Assembly: GCF_964204645.1 (NCBI RefSeq)
Contig: NC_134027.1
Location: 22,096,560-22,160,559 of the forward strand
DNA length: 64,000 nt
Reading direction: 5' to 3'
Origin: Tubulanus polymorphus
Taxonomy: Eukaryota > Animalia > Nemertea
The stretch's first letter is position 1. Each line of letters starts with the position of its first letter. Below are positions 12,111-25,300 of this stretch, one piece after another. The notes beneath the pieces were generated by a model, which was not told where the DNA came from, searched no databases, and saw only the letters and a list, made by a program, of their open reading frames with translations. The position numbers were made by a program, and so were the translations under genes.

Positions 12111-13820
12111 TCGTCATCTTTGTCGTTCGTTCGTTCGTTCGTTCGTTTGAAATTTTTGAACAAAGAATTTTATAGCATCACGCGCACGTTTGTCTCGTAT
12201 TCCAAAAGTAATTTCGAGTGATTTAATCAGCGATGGAATCAATTGAGTAAATAATCGAATCAATTGAGTAAATAATCAAATCAATTGAGTAAATAATAAC
12301 GTAAACGTTAATGCACAACCCATTCAAAGCATTCGTTTAGATGAAATCATTTGATTTCAACATCAGTCGCTCCAGGTGTTGACCTAGTGAACGGCTCAAC
12401 GTTTGCTATGTCAAGGTTTTTCCTGCAAGTGCACCTTTGATATAAAGCAAGGTAAAGTGTATATTTTTGATTATATATTCTGGCACCCGTAATGTTGCCA
12501 GATGTTACATGTGATGTGATGCTGTACCTCTACTTTACGGGCTAACAGACTCATCGAATGAGTCAACCGACATCATAGGTGAAGATATTAGGAAAACTTT
12601 GCAATCATGAATTTTCAGAATGCTCGTACTCTATACCAGGTATGGTTCCAGGGGGTGCTTCGCGTTCTAGAGCACCCCCTTCAGAAAGTTTCCGTTGAAT
12701 TATCTATGATCTGTTTTTCGATGTTACATTTCAAAGTACTAGGTACATTTTAGAATGAGATGATCAAGCAGTTAATGAAAATGATGTAAATGCATGAAAA
12801 TGTGATTTTTCAATATTTTCTGGGCGATGACCAGCAGATGTGAATCCCTGTTAACATTAAATTTTTGGGTATGTTTTGACTGTGATCTTAGTTCTGATCC
12901 CACAATCACAAGATCGAAAAAGTTTTTAAAAAGTCGAAACTGTTGAAATTTATTGAAAACCCGAATTTTCGTTTTTACGCTAAAAACCATTTTCAAGGAG
13001 TAACTACAATCATGGCATATCACAGAATATATATCAAACAATACATCAGGATTGTGGGATTTATATTCTATTCGTCTCTCGCGATTCATTGCGTAGTTTT
13101 ACCGCGTTAGTTCTGATGTTTTTTTCAGCGACTATATTCCGCAATTAGATTCAGCGATTGCTTATTTGCATCGGTACATATTCGGGGTCCAGTTGCACAA
13201 AATTCTTTAGGACACATCGAATCGATGAGGAAATCAAAGAAATTAAAATTTTTGAGGAAAAACATTTCCAAAATTCAAAATACCCTATAGTCTCGATTCT
13301 TAACTGATACACTCTCATAGCTTTCTGGGCCCGGTTCCACAGTTGTGAGTTAACTCTGAGTTAAAGTTAGTTCATTTTCAATGTTATAACTCCAGAGTCA
13401 AATTTTGTAGTATTGTCTGTTTTGACGTAGGGCACTAAGCAGGGCATAGAAATAATTTTGTGTTCAATTAAAAGAGACACTCTCACTGAGATTCCATAGA
13501 CCATGGACATATTAACTAGATCTAGTTTAAACGTGTCCATGCATTCTGACCGAACAGCAAGTAATGAATAAAGCAGCCAGTGGTAAGCTAAATGTGAGGC
13601 CAGTTTTACAAAGGTTTTTTCACGAATTGAATATTTTCTTATTTTGCTGTAGATGACATTTAATGGTTTTTTTTTTGTAGATGATTCTGGGTCAGCGATA
13701 AACCTATTTATTCAAAGGCTGAATACGAATAACTGCGAATGATTTATGTTCTCTGCGCACTGTTAATATAACTGACTTATGATTTCTCTCACCATGAAAT
13801 AATCTTATCATATATGCTTG

Positions 13821-13967
<147 letters not shown>

Positions 13968-15749
13968 GCACTTAATATCAGCGAATTTAATTTGATACGC
14001 CCATAATGCTTAGGTGTACAGACGACTATCTTAGAACATTGCGCAGATGGTGTGCAGCAGATTTAAGTTTCTGTTCGTAATGAAGGTAATAGTCTTTCAA
14101 GTCAGCATCTCGACCATATTTGGCGATACAATCGAGCATTTTCGGCGCGAAGATGCAGGTTCTCTGTTTTGTGACCCCAGAATTCAATCTTATTTTAAAA
14201 AAAAATTTTCCTGACAGTATTTTGATCAGGCTCGTCGTGTAGACATTTTGTTATTTTGTTATCGGACCCGAGCCAAATTTGGCCCGTGTCTAGAAAGCGT
14301 GCGCGCGTTCAGTCACATAAACCACTCACTCCGTACTATACAATGCTCAAACAAAGCGAGGCGGGTCATTTCCGGTACCAGTTGCTATTAAAACGCAATC
14401 ATTTGTCTCGTGCTGAAATTTGGCTCGGGCCTGGTCCGACATTTTTGGTCGGACCAAACAGGCTCTGGCCCATTTGGCGCCCGTAAGAACAGCCGCTATC
14501 TATAGCGGGTATACATAGAAAGTTTGATGATGGGCGTGTATTCAATGTAAGGTTCAGGCTGCTCAGTAATTATGTGTAATTAATTGAACCTATATTTACG
14601 GCATGTTTGTATATGTGTGGAGTATAGGGGTCCTGTGTGTGTCGCGTGTTTGTACGTTCTCTCGCTCCATCCGCAAAACTGTAATTATCTCTCGCGGGTC
14701 TTCCATTCATTGATGACCGACCGATTATTCATCATCGGGTTCATCTGCCGCTCTCATGTGACCGAGTACTTTTCACTGTACCGAAAATTACGCGGAAAAA
14801 GTTTTACGCACGTACGCGAAGAATAGTGTTTTACCCGGGTAAGATTTATTTTTGTTTTATTTTTGGCTTAGGCTTATTCTGACGGATTGATTACTGTAAG
14901 ATCTTTTGTTTTTATCTTAAGTTTATTTGCGGTAAAAGCTGAGCGGCCGGTTGTAGCTCCATAACAAACTAAATCACACCCACTGGAGTCAGGCGGGGGA
15001 CTGATCAGTTTTAGAAAATAGAATATTTGAATTTTAAATTACAGGATAATGAAACATAATATAGTAAACTCCAAGCTCCGCTTCAATAGATGTTAAAACA
15101 TCTTGCGGCCGAGGCGTATTAAAGGTCTGAATCTGTATAGAGATGTACGAGCGTATTTTTTGTTTCTAAACATGGTTTACATATTGAAACTATGAGGAAA
15201 AAGCATTTCAGGATCTTCAACGATTTTGAAAGTGGAATAGCACCTAGACAGTACGTAATTTTGACGCAAATTTTCGCTTTTCGCGAGAAGTGCTCGCTCG
15301 CTTTTCGCAAAAGTGGTCATCGGAATCTTTTGACGTTCATTCAATGTCAACCAGTCCTTTTTGGATCGTTTATTAGCAGCATAGATCATCGACCTGAAGG
15401 TCGTGGCACTTTGGGTGCTCCTATTTATTCTGATTCTGGTTGCGGTTAATAACACACTGATTTTGCTGGTAAGTAGCTCGAAAACCACTTATTTTCGACT
15501 TAGATAAAAGTTTTTAAAATTTTAGATATATTTCATGATTCAATCGGGGAATTTTTGTGCTAGGGTCGTATCGGGGAATTTTTGATTCCCTGATCTGTAA
15601 GAACTGTGGCCTTACTTTTGCCTTAGCCGGCAACTGTGGTCCTACATGGAGAAATTCAGATACTGACGGTATCAAAACAGTATCAAAGCACCTTCACGAG
15701 TCTCTGATTGTAGTAAAGAGTTTGTGTAACCTTGTAGCTTTCCCCCATA

Positions 15750-16128
15750 GATAAACATTTCACTCGAATACTGAAATGATTTTCTGACCATATCAAATAC
15801 CAAGTTGGACAAATTTTCATAGTTCAAGAAAGATCCAACTCGAGTCTTCTGTGTAAACCTGCTGAATCTTTTGAAGGATAAACATTTCACTCGAATACTG
15901 AAATGATTTTCTGACCATATCAAATACCAAGTCGGACAAATTTTCATAGTTCAAGAAAGATCCAACGCCAGTCTTCTGTGTAAACCTGCTGAATCTTTTG
16001 AAGGATAAACGTTTCACTCGAATATTGAAATGATTTTCTGACCATATCAAATACCAAGTCGGACAAATTTTCATAGTTCAAGAAAGATTCAACTCGAGTC
16101 TTCTGTGTAAACCTGCTGAATCTTTTGA
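15750..16128. repeat. 127-bp tandem repeat (3 copies)
   Basis: ATAAACATTTCACTCGAATACTGAAATG... starts at 15751, 15878 and 16005. Confidence 0.95.
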
Positions 16129-17278
16129 ATCATCTTTTAAAGGAAGGAAGGGAAAAAACGTATTCAATTCATTCATCCGAATACTGTGAACTTACGTTCC
16201 TGATTTATGCTATGCCGTTACGAATTCCGGCATATTTTCAAAACAAAGCCCCCTCGAGTTTCTTCTGCCGGAAAGCTGCGCGCGTTAAACACACCCGCGG
16301 TGAATTGCATAACATACGTTCAGTAGAGACAAAAAATAAATCAGTCTCTCATTAGTAATAGCAGCTACTGTGCGGTTGAGTATGAATGAATGAAAAGCAT
16401 TATTCATAGTCTCTGACTGACACAGCCGCGCACAGCGCTGTTCTTTTGTTTGTAGTAAATTTTTAATCTGTTGTTTGAATAAACACCGAAAAACGACACC
16501 GGATCGTCTCGTGACTCACCGTCGAATTCGCCGTAGCGTGGAATGCGCGGCGTCGGTAATTCGAGGTATGGCATCATCTCTCGCGCTATTTACCGGTAGG
16601 AATACGCGTTTACGCTCATCATCGGTATCCGGCTTACTGCGTTTCTAAGATTTGCGCCACTCGTACCTGTTGGGGACTGATTCTTGTAGCCGCTACGCAC
16701 GCGGGGCGATTCTAGGGGTATTTGCGGCGATCGAAGACCCCTGCCTTAACGTTGAGGTTCCCCTTTTCGCCGGGACAGAGATTAGCCGCTAACACACGGA
16801 GACGATTTGGCGTGAGCCAAATTGGCACGGATCAGGCCCGTGTCTTATTAGAGAGAGCATGCTTACACGCAAACTTCTCACTCAATACTAAACAAAGTGA
16901 AGTGGGTCATTTCCAGTACCAGTTGCAATTTAAATGCAATAATTTGGCTCAGGCCTAGTCTGACGTTTTTGGTCGCGCCAAACAGGCTCGGGCCCATTTG
17001 ACACCCATGTGAACGGTTGCTCCGGGCCGAAAACACTTGTGTGATCCTGGCTATTGTCAATACCCTTATTTGACTCATTCCTTCGTAAATTGTATCTTTT
17101 CGAATGTACTCATCCGGACTCGTCTATCGCTCAGGGGAATGCCTGTTGTGGAGTCCTTCTTTTTCATTCTACTTCAGCCCTCTGATTTTCTGACATCCGC
17201 CCACATGTTTCCTACGATTCTTCTCAATTCTACGACGAAATGATTGCGTCGGAAATCCCATAATCGCCTTTCTATTAA

Positions 17279-17566
17279 CCCTTTCAGTGCGTCTACACTG
17301 TAATGCGGTGTATAAATCAGTGATAGATTTTGCTAGTACGCCGCACTGCAGTGTATTGATGTTATTAGTAATTAGTAATTATCTCTCTTGGAAAATGGCA
17401 GCACCTGTCAAACATAGTGAAATACTAGTAACTAACGATACACTGCACCGCGATGTAGACGCACTATAGTGGTATTCCCGTTATTCAATACACTAGGGTG
17501 GAATTTCTTAAAATTTTCAAATTATCTCCAGTACTGTAGGGTATTAACTAGTCAGCACTGAAAGGG
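17279..17566. mobile_element. piggyBac-like MITE (288 bp)
   Basis: TTAA|CCCTTTCAGTGC ... GCACTGAAAGGG|TTAA: perfect 12-bp TIRs, TTAA target-site duplication, CCC/GGG termini. Confidence 0.85.
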
Positions 17567-18556
17567 TTAAGCTAGGGGCGCGATTGCGATGATCGAATTC
17601 ACCAGTGAATTTGTAAATCCGATACGAGCGGGCAGACATAGCAGCGATCGAAACGGAAATTCCGACGGCGTACGCTGCTTAGTTGGAGACGGTTAACAAA
17701 TCACATGATATCAACTATGCGTCTTATTGGTGGACAAAAATCGATCGCTCGTCGGAATAATACGCTGAGTGCGGGCAGACGTGTGAATTTGCAGGACGGG
17801 CACATGGTTGATTTTTTTTAGGTGATTAATCATTTTGCCGCAATCGGGCGAAAAAATACGCTCGTGTGCACCCAAACTTAAGTTTCATAATGAAAAAAAA
17901 AAGAAAAAACAATTTGAATCACATCAAATATTCATAGAATATTTGTGTTATTAATAATTACATTTTTTTCATCAGGCAAATAATTCGTTTTTAGGCTCAG
18001 ATATTGAGTGAAATGAGGCTCCGTGTACTTAGTTCAGTGTACTTAGTTCAGCGCATGATAGATGTAGAGAATTTATGTATTAATGTTGTAGGTAGACGCA
18101 TTTATGAATCAGTGTATTTTTTGTGTTTAGGTCAATTGTGTTTTTCCTGTTGTTTTCCTGTTATATGCTGACAACTATTTATCATCAACGTCAGGTCATA
18201 CTAATTGCTCAGGGACCATTTCATATCGATAACTCATTCAGTTTAGTTTACATGTCGGGTTTAGTTCTGACTACATAAATATCGTACATGAGGTTTGTCT
18301 TTACAAGATATGTTGTACTTCCAGCTCAGCCAGTACGACTACAACTGTGATCTATGCAGTTCTGACTGGCTTGCTAAAATGAGATATCTCGTACTTCAGA
18401 ATAGGCCACTATTTAAGATAGCACGTAGTTCTGTCCTGCCAACAATTAAGGCATCAGATCTCCAGTTTTGCCACCATTACCACTGTGAGATATCTCATAC
18501 TTCTGGTTTTGCTACCATTGCTACTGCGGTATCTCTGCTATTGCCACTATAACGTA

Positions 18557-18663
18557 GGGGCCAGTTTTATAGACTAGTATTACCTTTAACCCACGGGCTA
18601 ACTCCATTGATAATGAGTTAGCCCCCGGGTTGAAGGTAATACCAGTCCATAAAACCGGACCCA
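18557..18663. mobile_element. Short palindromic MITE; related GGGCCC-ended foldback elements at ~13325, ~19081-19193, ~26875-27066, ~29960-30072 and ~48480-48600
   Basis: GGGGCCAGTTTTATAGACTAGTATTACCTTTAACCC...GGGTTGAAGGTAATACCAGTCCATAAAACCGGACCC is self-complementary. Confidence 0.7.
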
Positions 18664-19357
18664 GGTTTTAGTATAACCATTACTACTATGGGTATGAGAT
18701 ATCTCATACTGCTGGATCCGATGCTATTGCGCCACTAGGAGATATCTCTTCAACAGCGAATTTAGGGGGATGGGCCAGGTGCTGGACCACCACTTCAAAA
18801 CTCGAATGTGCTGCCCAAAAAGTCTTTATTAAAAAGAATAAATCCAAATGGGCCCTGATAAGAGCCAGAGAAGCCCCTTTTTTCCTAAATTTTCTGTTGG
18901 AGGGCCACCAGAACCTCTGCCCCAATGTTTCCCCCTTGCGTGACCAGATCTGCCCTTATCAAATCAATCGCCTTTCAATTTTCAAGTCCACTCCCTTCGA
19001 AGTTCCCTACACGCCCTTGCTCTACCTTCCAGTTCTGCCACCATTGCCACTGCAAGATATCTCATACTTGTGGAAAAAACCTGGGTCCAGTTCCAAAGTT
19101 CTGAGTTAACATTTGACTCTGGGTTAACTCATTGAAAATGAACTAACTTTAGTAGTAGTTTAACTCTAACTCGCGTCTGTGGAACTGGGTCCAGAAAGAG
19201 AGATATCCCAATGAATATGGCAGGGTTTATGACAGAATTTGATGTTTAAACATTTTTCGCGTTTTTCATCTCGAGAGCGATAATACTAGCAGCATCGTAT
19301 TTTTCAGAAAGCTATGGGTTCGATACTAATGCACTGATGTCGCATTCACAATGAGGA

Positions 19358-22300
19358 ATGGAGAAAGCGGTTTTATTCGCGACGCTGTTGACCGCAGTCA
19401 CGATGACGTTGACGACTGCGTCGGTCTTCAAGTCGACGACCGAATTGACGCGCATGACGCAAGATGGCGCCACCGGTCGCCTGTACGTCGGGGGTCGAAA
19501 TCGGATTTTTCAGTTGAAACGCGATTTACGCTTGGAACATGAAGCGATAACCGGCCCCGGTAACGATCAGTCGGCTGAAACGATCAACTGCTACGGAACG
19601 AATGAGGACGATTATAATCAGTTACTATTCGTCGTTCGCGAAGACAACGTTTTAGTCTCGTGCGGTACTCAAGACTGGGGCATTTGCGAGAGGCGTAATT
19701 TAACGAATATCAGACAGAAATTGAACGTCACCTACGAATCGAAGGAAGAAAGAAGAGTCGTTCCCGTACAAGAGTACGGTACGTCGATCGCCGTACTCGT
19801 ATCGCCCCCTAGCGGTGAAACGAACGTATTCATCGCGTCGTCGATCTCGCCGGTGAGGTGCATGCAGACTTCGGTGATCATTTCGAAGCGCAAGAAAAAC
19901 CTTCAATACGTCGAGTACAAATACGCCGAACAATTCATGTCGTTCATACGGTCGAAGGAGAAAAAGGAGGTCGACTTGCGATTCGTGAACGGGTTCGAAT
20001 TTCGTGACTTCGTGTATTTAACGTTGGTCGTCCATCGAAACGAGTCGCGCGTCGGCCGCGTCTGCATGCGATACGATAATCTGATAAAGACGTACATGGA
20101 AACGCGGTTGGTTTGTCGTCGCGGCGATAAGCGGTTCAACGTTCTGCGAGCGGCGACGATCGCGACGGCCGGTTCCTATTTGAAAACTCGGTTGGGTGTG
20201 CACGCGAATGATTCGCTGCTCGTGGGTTCGTTCAGCGAATTCGCGAACTCTACTGCGTCTGTGATATGTATTTTCGCGCTGAATGATATTAAAAAGACAA
20301 TGGATTCGAGTCCGTGTACGAGGCTAGTGACCAGGGATGTGTCGTTCAACGGTGGTAAAAGTGATTGTAGCGGAATAACTGTAAGTAGCCATTTTTTCAT
20401 ACATTCATATATCTACGTATATATTATATATCATTCAAAATAACCATGGCAGCACCTGGTAGGACAAGAAGTAGAAATCGTGAATTTTGTGAAATTAGTT
20501 CAAAGTCTGGAAAAATGTATGTAAACGCATAGAAAATAGAAGCCTTTAAGGGGTTAATGTAGTTATTCCGTTTTATGATGTTATGTTTCATATTTGCAGG
20601 ATAATAATTGCGAAAGTACAGGAACTCATCTCAGTGATAAAACACTTCAACAGAACGCCGTTTATGCATCGAACTCCACTCTGACTTCGCTCGTTGCCAC
20701 GAAGATCAACAATATATCAATTGTTTACGCTGGAACGAAAAAGGGCCACTTAGAAAAAGTGAGTATTTTACATTTAAGTAATTTGTTTGTTATATAAAGC
20801 GGAGGACACGCGCTATGCGAATCTGTAGACGTGATATACTTGCAGTGAATTTTGATGTGACCTGAACAGGGCGTTACATCACAAATAACGGTTTAGATTT
20901 AGGTTCTTTTTCATACCTGCCATGTTTCTGCGTTGATGAGAATGACAAAGTTTTTTTTTTCTATTTCAGGTTTTGTTATCAAGTTCAGTAGCTGATAGTA
21001 AATTGTTATTTGATAATGTGATCGAGGACAATAAACCAATACAAAGCGATTTACTAATCAGTCCTGATTTCTCGCATATCTACGCGCTGTTACCTTCACA
21101 GGTAAGTCACATCATAAGCCATATTCACACTCGCTAGTCACATAGTCCATTTTGATTTGACCTGTACATGTAATGGATCAGACCCTTGCTGTGCGTTTGC
21201 ACCGGTTTTTAAATCATAGCTGTCATGACTTCAATGCAAAACTGTGATTGACTGGAAATTAGAACAGAGTTTCTATAAATGCTCAAAGAAATGGTCTGTT
21301 CTAAAATTTAGAACGCACCTGGATCTGTCACTTAGATCGGTCGATATTGGTCTGCTCAAAAATGTAATTGACCAATTTAGGACGGAATTTTCGCTGTGAA
21401 TGCTTGCTCCATTCTACCTAATTTGGAACAGACTAATAAACTTGGAATGTCTTCTTACCACTTGAGCGAGCGGTGTGTGTGAGTGGTTAGAGCGTTTGAC
21501 TCTGGGTAGCCAGGTCGAGGGTTTCGAACCCCGTACATTACCGTAGTGTCCTCGGGCAAGACACTTATCCGCATTGCCTCTCTCCACCCAGGAGTAAATG
21601 GGCACCTGGCCTGATAGACCTTAGTGGTTGCGTGGATGTTGCTTCTCCCCAGGGAGAGATGTTGGGGGTAATAATACCAATTTGGAGCGCATTTGAACTA
21701 GACTCTGTTTACAATACCTGCGCTGTATAAATGACATTTTTATTATTATTGTTATTATTATTATTATTATTATCATCATCTTCTAGGTGGTAATGTCGTC
21801 AGTCGAGAATTGTTCAATGTATGAAACTTGTGAAACATGCCGACAATCTCGGGATCCACATTGCGGCTGGTGTTCCTTATCCAGTAGGTTAGTATTAGTG
21901 AAAGAAGTAGCAGCGTCATATTCCGTAGTCGTGATCACACGGAGACAGTTTGGCCAAGACTGACGTTCGTATGGATAAGCCACGATATTCACAGAATTAC
22001 TGTTTGATTATGTTATAGGTGTACAGTGAAAGAAACCTGCTCAAATTCTGATGATAAAGCTCATTGGTTGGGATTTTATTCAACTCAGTGTGTTGGTATA
22101 TCTGAGATGGCCCCTATTTCCTGGCCGATAAAAGAACAGCAAACAGTAAGTAACGTGTCCAATGGAAATGCTCAGAAATACTGGACATAGCTCCAATTGC
22201 GGGTTTACTTAAACTCCAGATACATTCATAACGCATAGCACGCACAGCAGGACATGAATCCAAAACAGAAATATTTTTCTTGCTTGATTTCATGACTGTA

Positions 22301-25300
22301 CATGTGTTGCTCCACTTTTGATTCTAGCATATTGTTAACATGCTTGTTTTTCAAACTTTTAATCTCAAACAATCATAGCTTTTTATAAAAACTTTAATTC
22401 GGTTTCGTTTTTGTATTTTAGAAAATGAAATCTAACACGAAGGTTTATTTTTGCCATGCATTAACATGCAGAATCTAGAACCTTCTAATTCCTAATAAGA
22501 TTCAATGTCGTGGACATTCAACCTTTTGAAAAAATTTTGAATTTTTTGTTTCAATCTGATATGTATTGTGATATGTATTATTCAAACCAGATATGTATTG
22601 TGTTGTGGATTTATGGGTTTGTATATGTGTTAGGCTTTAGTTTTATAAATACGGTGTTTGGATAAATTACCCTTACACCTCGTTCTCAGCATTTCATTTT
22701 CAATCTCGGAATTGGTATCAACTGACAACTATGCGACTAAGTTCTTAGAAAGTACATGTAATGATTTGAGTAATTACTTCGCAGACTATGCAGCTGACCC
22801 TGGTGGAATTCCCTGAAAATGCTGGTGAACTGTCGTGTGTGTTTGGTGATAATGAATATGAGTCACCAGCCCAGCTTGTACAGAACAAACTGACTTGCGA
22901 AACTCCTCGTAAAAACACCATACAATTGAAAGATACTCAAAAAGGTAAAAAAAAGGTTTTGTACCAGTATTTATATGGTAGATCATCCTTCATTAGTGAG
23001 GATTTGAGCGTGATGACATCACCGCACAGCCCCGGAGGAAAAGCAGACCAGCTGGTGCTGAGCTAGTCATATGCATTAGAATATCCATAGCCAATCAGAA
23101 ATCACACTCATGTGCATGAGTGCAAAGAGTAGAATAAGTGCGATTCTGTTTCCGAAAATGACCTTAATTGAATACAAGAGACTAAAGAAAGTGTTTCAGC
23201 CCTCAGATTGAGTTTGCCCACCTAAACCAGCAAATTTGACACTCATACTCTCTCGGAAGTTGCATCTTTTTGGATGGCTTCCTCTGAGGCCTGTCCATTT
23301 TCTTTTTGCAACCCATACAGGGTGAACCTGATAAACTCGGGGATCAGAAAACCTAGAAGAATATCAGGCAATATCAGAGAATTTAACAATTTCACCAAAA
23401 TTTTTTATCCAAAAAATTTGGATAATACTATTGACCTCGTGTTTCTTTATAAGTACATGATTCAATGAATGAAATTTTAAACTCAGATGACATGGAAATT
23501 AAGGAAATCTTGTATCATTTTGCTTGTGTCCATATTTTGCGGTTACCATGGTTTACAACACACAGATCGATGAAACGCATTTCATTTCATAATTCATGTT
23601 TTCTGATGCTTATTTGTGCCGTACTTTTACTCTGTATACAATGTATATGAACGAATGAAATATAATTGCAGATCATGTAAGCCTGATGTTACAGATAAAA
23701 TCTATTCGCACCGGAGCAATAATTACCGAGAAAGAGTTTGTGCTGTATGAATGTGGAATTCATTCTACGTAAGTATTCATGAGTACAGTTTTTAAGTTTC
23801 CTAGCATTCTCGATGAGAATTCTATGTTCGAATGTGGCAATCAAGTATTGCACTCATCGTAGCGAGTTCACTAGCATGTATTTGGACAACGATGCCAGAT
23901 TTCTTCTCCGATTCAATTAAGGTCTATTCATAATTTCTCAAATTTTATCATGGACTTCATTTGAGAATCCTTGATACTATGAATGATGAATAAAAATTGC
24001 GCTGTATATGTATACGATGCCTAAAGATCAATCAAAGTTTTATGAAGAGATTTGATTTTAACTTAATGTCAGAGGCTGAACGCAATTTTGTTTGAATTGT
24101 CCTATTGATGTACATGCCATCTAACGGGAAAGCAGGGCCCTCGCAAGGGGCCTCGCACCTATGGCATTCACCTTTGCCAAAACCCAATCTATGCCCTTTT
24201 TCCTGATACCTGACCAATGGAAAAATGAAGGATATGGCGTTGGATAGCATCCTTGAAGACCTGAGCTTACTACAAAAATGGATGACGCAAAGCACGTCAG
24301 AAAATATCACATACAATTCCATAAAATCAACTTCTTCAGCGGAGGTCAACGAGTGAGCCCAGTCCAGAAACTTAAAATTACCGGACCTGAGATTGGACTT
24401 GGGAGTTAAAACATAAATTAACTCATAAATAAACTGTAAATCAAGTAATTTCGACTGTAAAACTGTGAATCCACTGCCAGTAGCTAAGTCAGTCATTTTA
24501 CGGTAAACTAAAAGGAGTTTCTGATGAATGAAGGATAAATGTTATCACTTGTAGGTGCGTTCCATGTGTGTCCAGTAACTGGGGTTGCAATTGGTGTATT
24601 TCGGACAATCGATGCGTTCACAACGTTACCCAATGTGACGACCCATCGAGCAAAGTCATCCCAGTAACGGTACGTACAGTAGGCTGAATCATTTTAAAAC
24701 TTCTTTTTCATGTCACGGCGAGAATTGAACATATTATCCATGATAATTCTGCCTGATCCTCAGGTCTCACATGGTCACACAATTGAAGTAAAATTACTAT
24801 TCACACTCAGGGAATCCGTCTTTTTGGTTGGTCTTAATGGAATGGACAAATTTGGAACGGACTTATAAGATAAAAATCCACTATGTACAAATTAAAAGAA
24901 TTTAAAATCGAGAATTTATTTATTCAAAAAAATCTAAAATGTAAAATACAGGACGTTTCGATCGTGACACCTGACAATGATCTCTAGGGTGAGATCGTAA
25001 CAACGTCGTGTATTTTACATTTTAGATTTTTTGAATGAATAAATTCTCGATTTTAGATTCTTTCGATTTGTACGTAGTGGGTTTTTATCGTATTATCCGC
25101 TCACCACGTTCGAGTGTGGTTATTGTACTCGGAACAGACTGTGAACGGTCGGTCCATTCAAAATTGGAACAGACTAGATTTCGAATGTCACAGTATGACA
25201 TCACTCCCGTCTTTCATCTTGTAAGATGTCACTTCTGCTATGACGTACATTCCGCTGCGACCTCACACCTCCTTCCCTCCTCATTCACTGCTGCCTCGAT

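Noticed and set aside
20381-20443. Stop-terminated 361-aa ORF suggesting a secreted Sema-only protein
   Set aside because: A strong GTAAGT donor at 20381 splices in frame to exon 2; the tail is intron read-through, with no evidence for retention.
21470-21545. Possible tRNA gene
   Set aside because: No complete cloverleaf; it continues into a SINE body and tail.
24032-24496. 154-aa antisense ORF in plexin intron 7
   Set aside because: No recognisable motif in any frame I translated; may be a decayed element but cannot be supported without a search.
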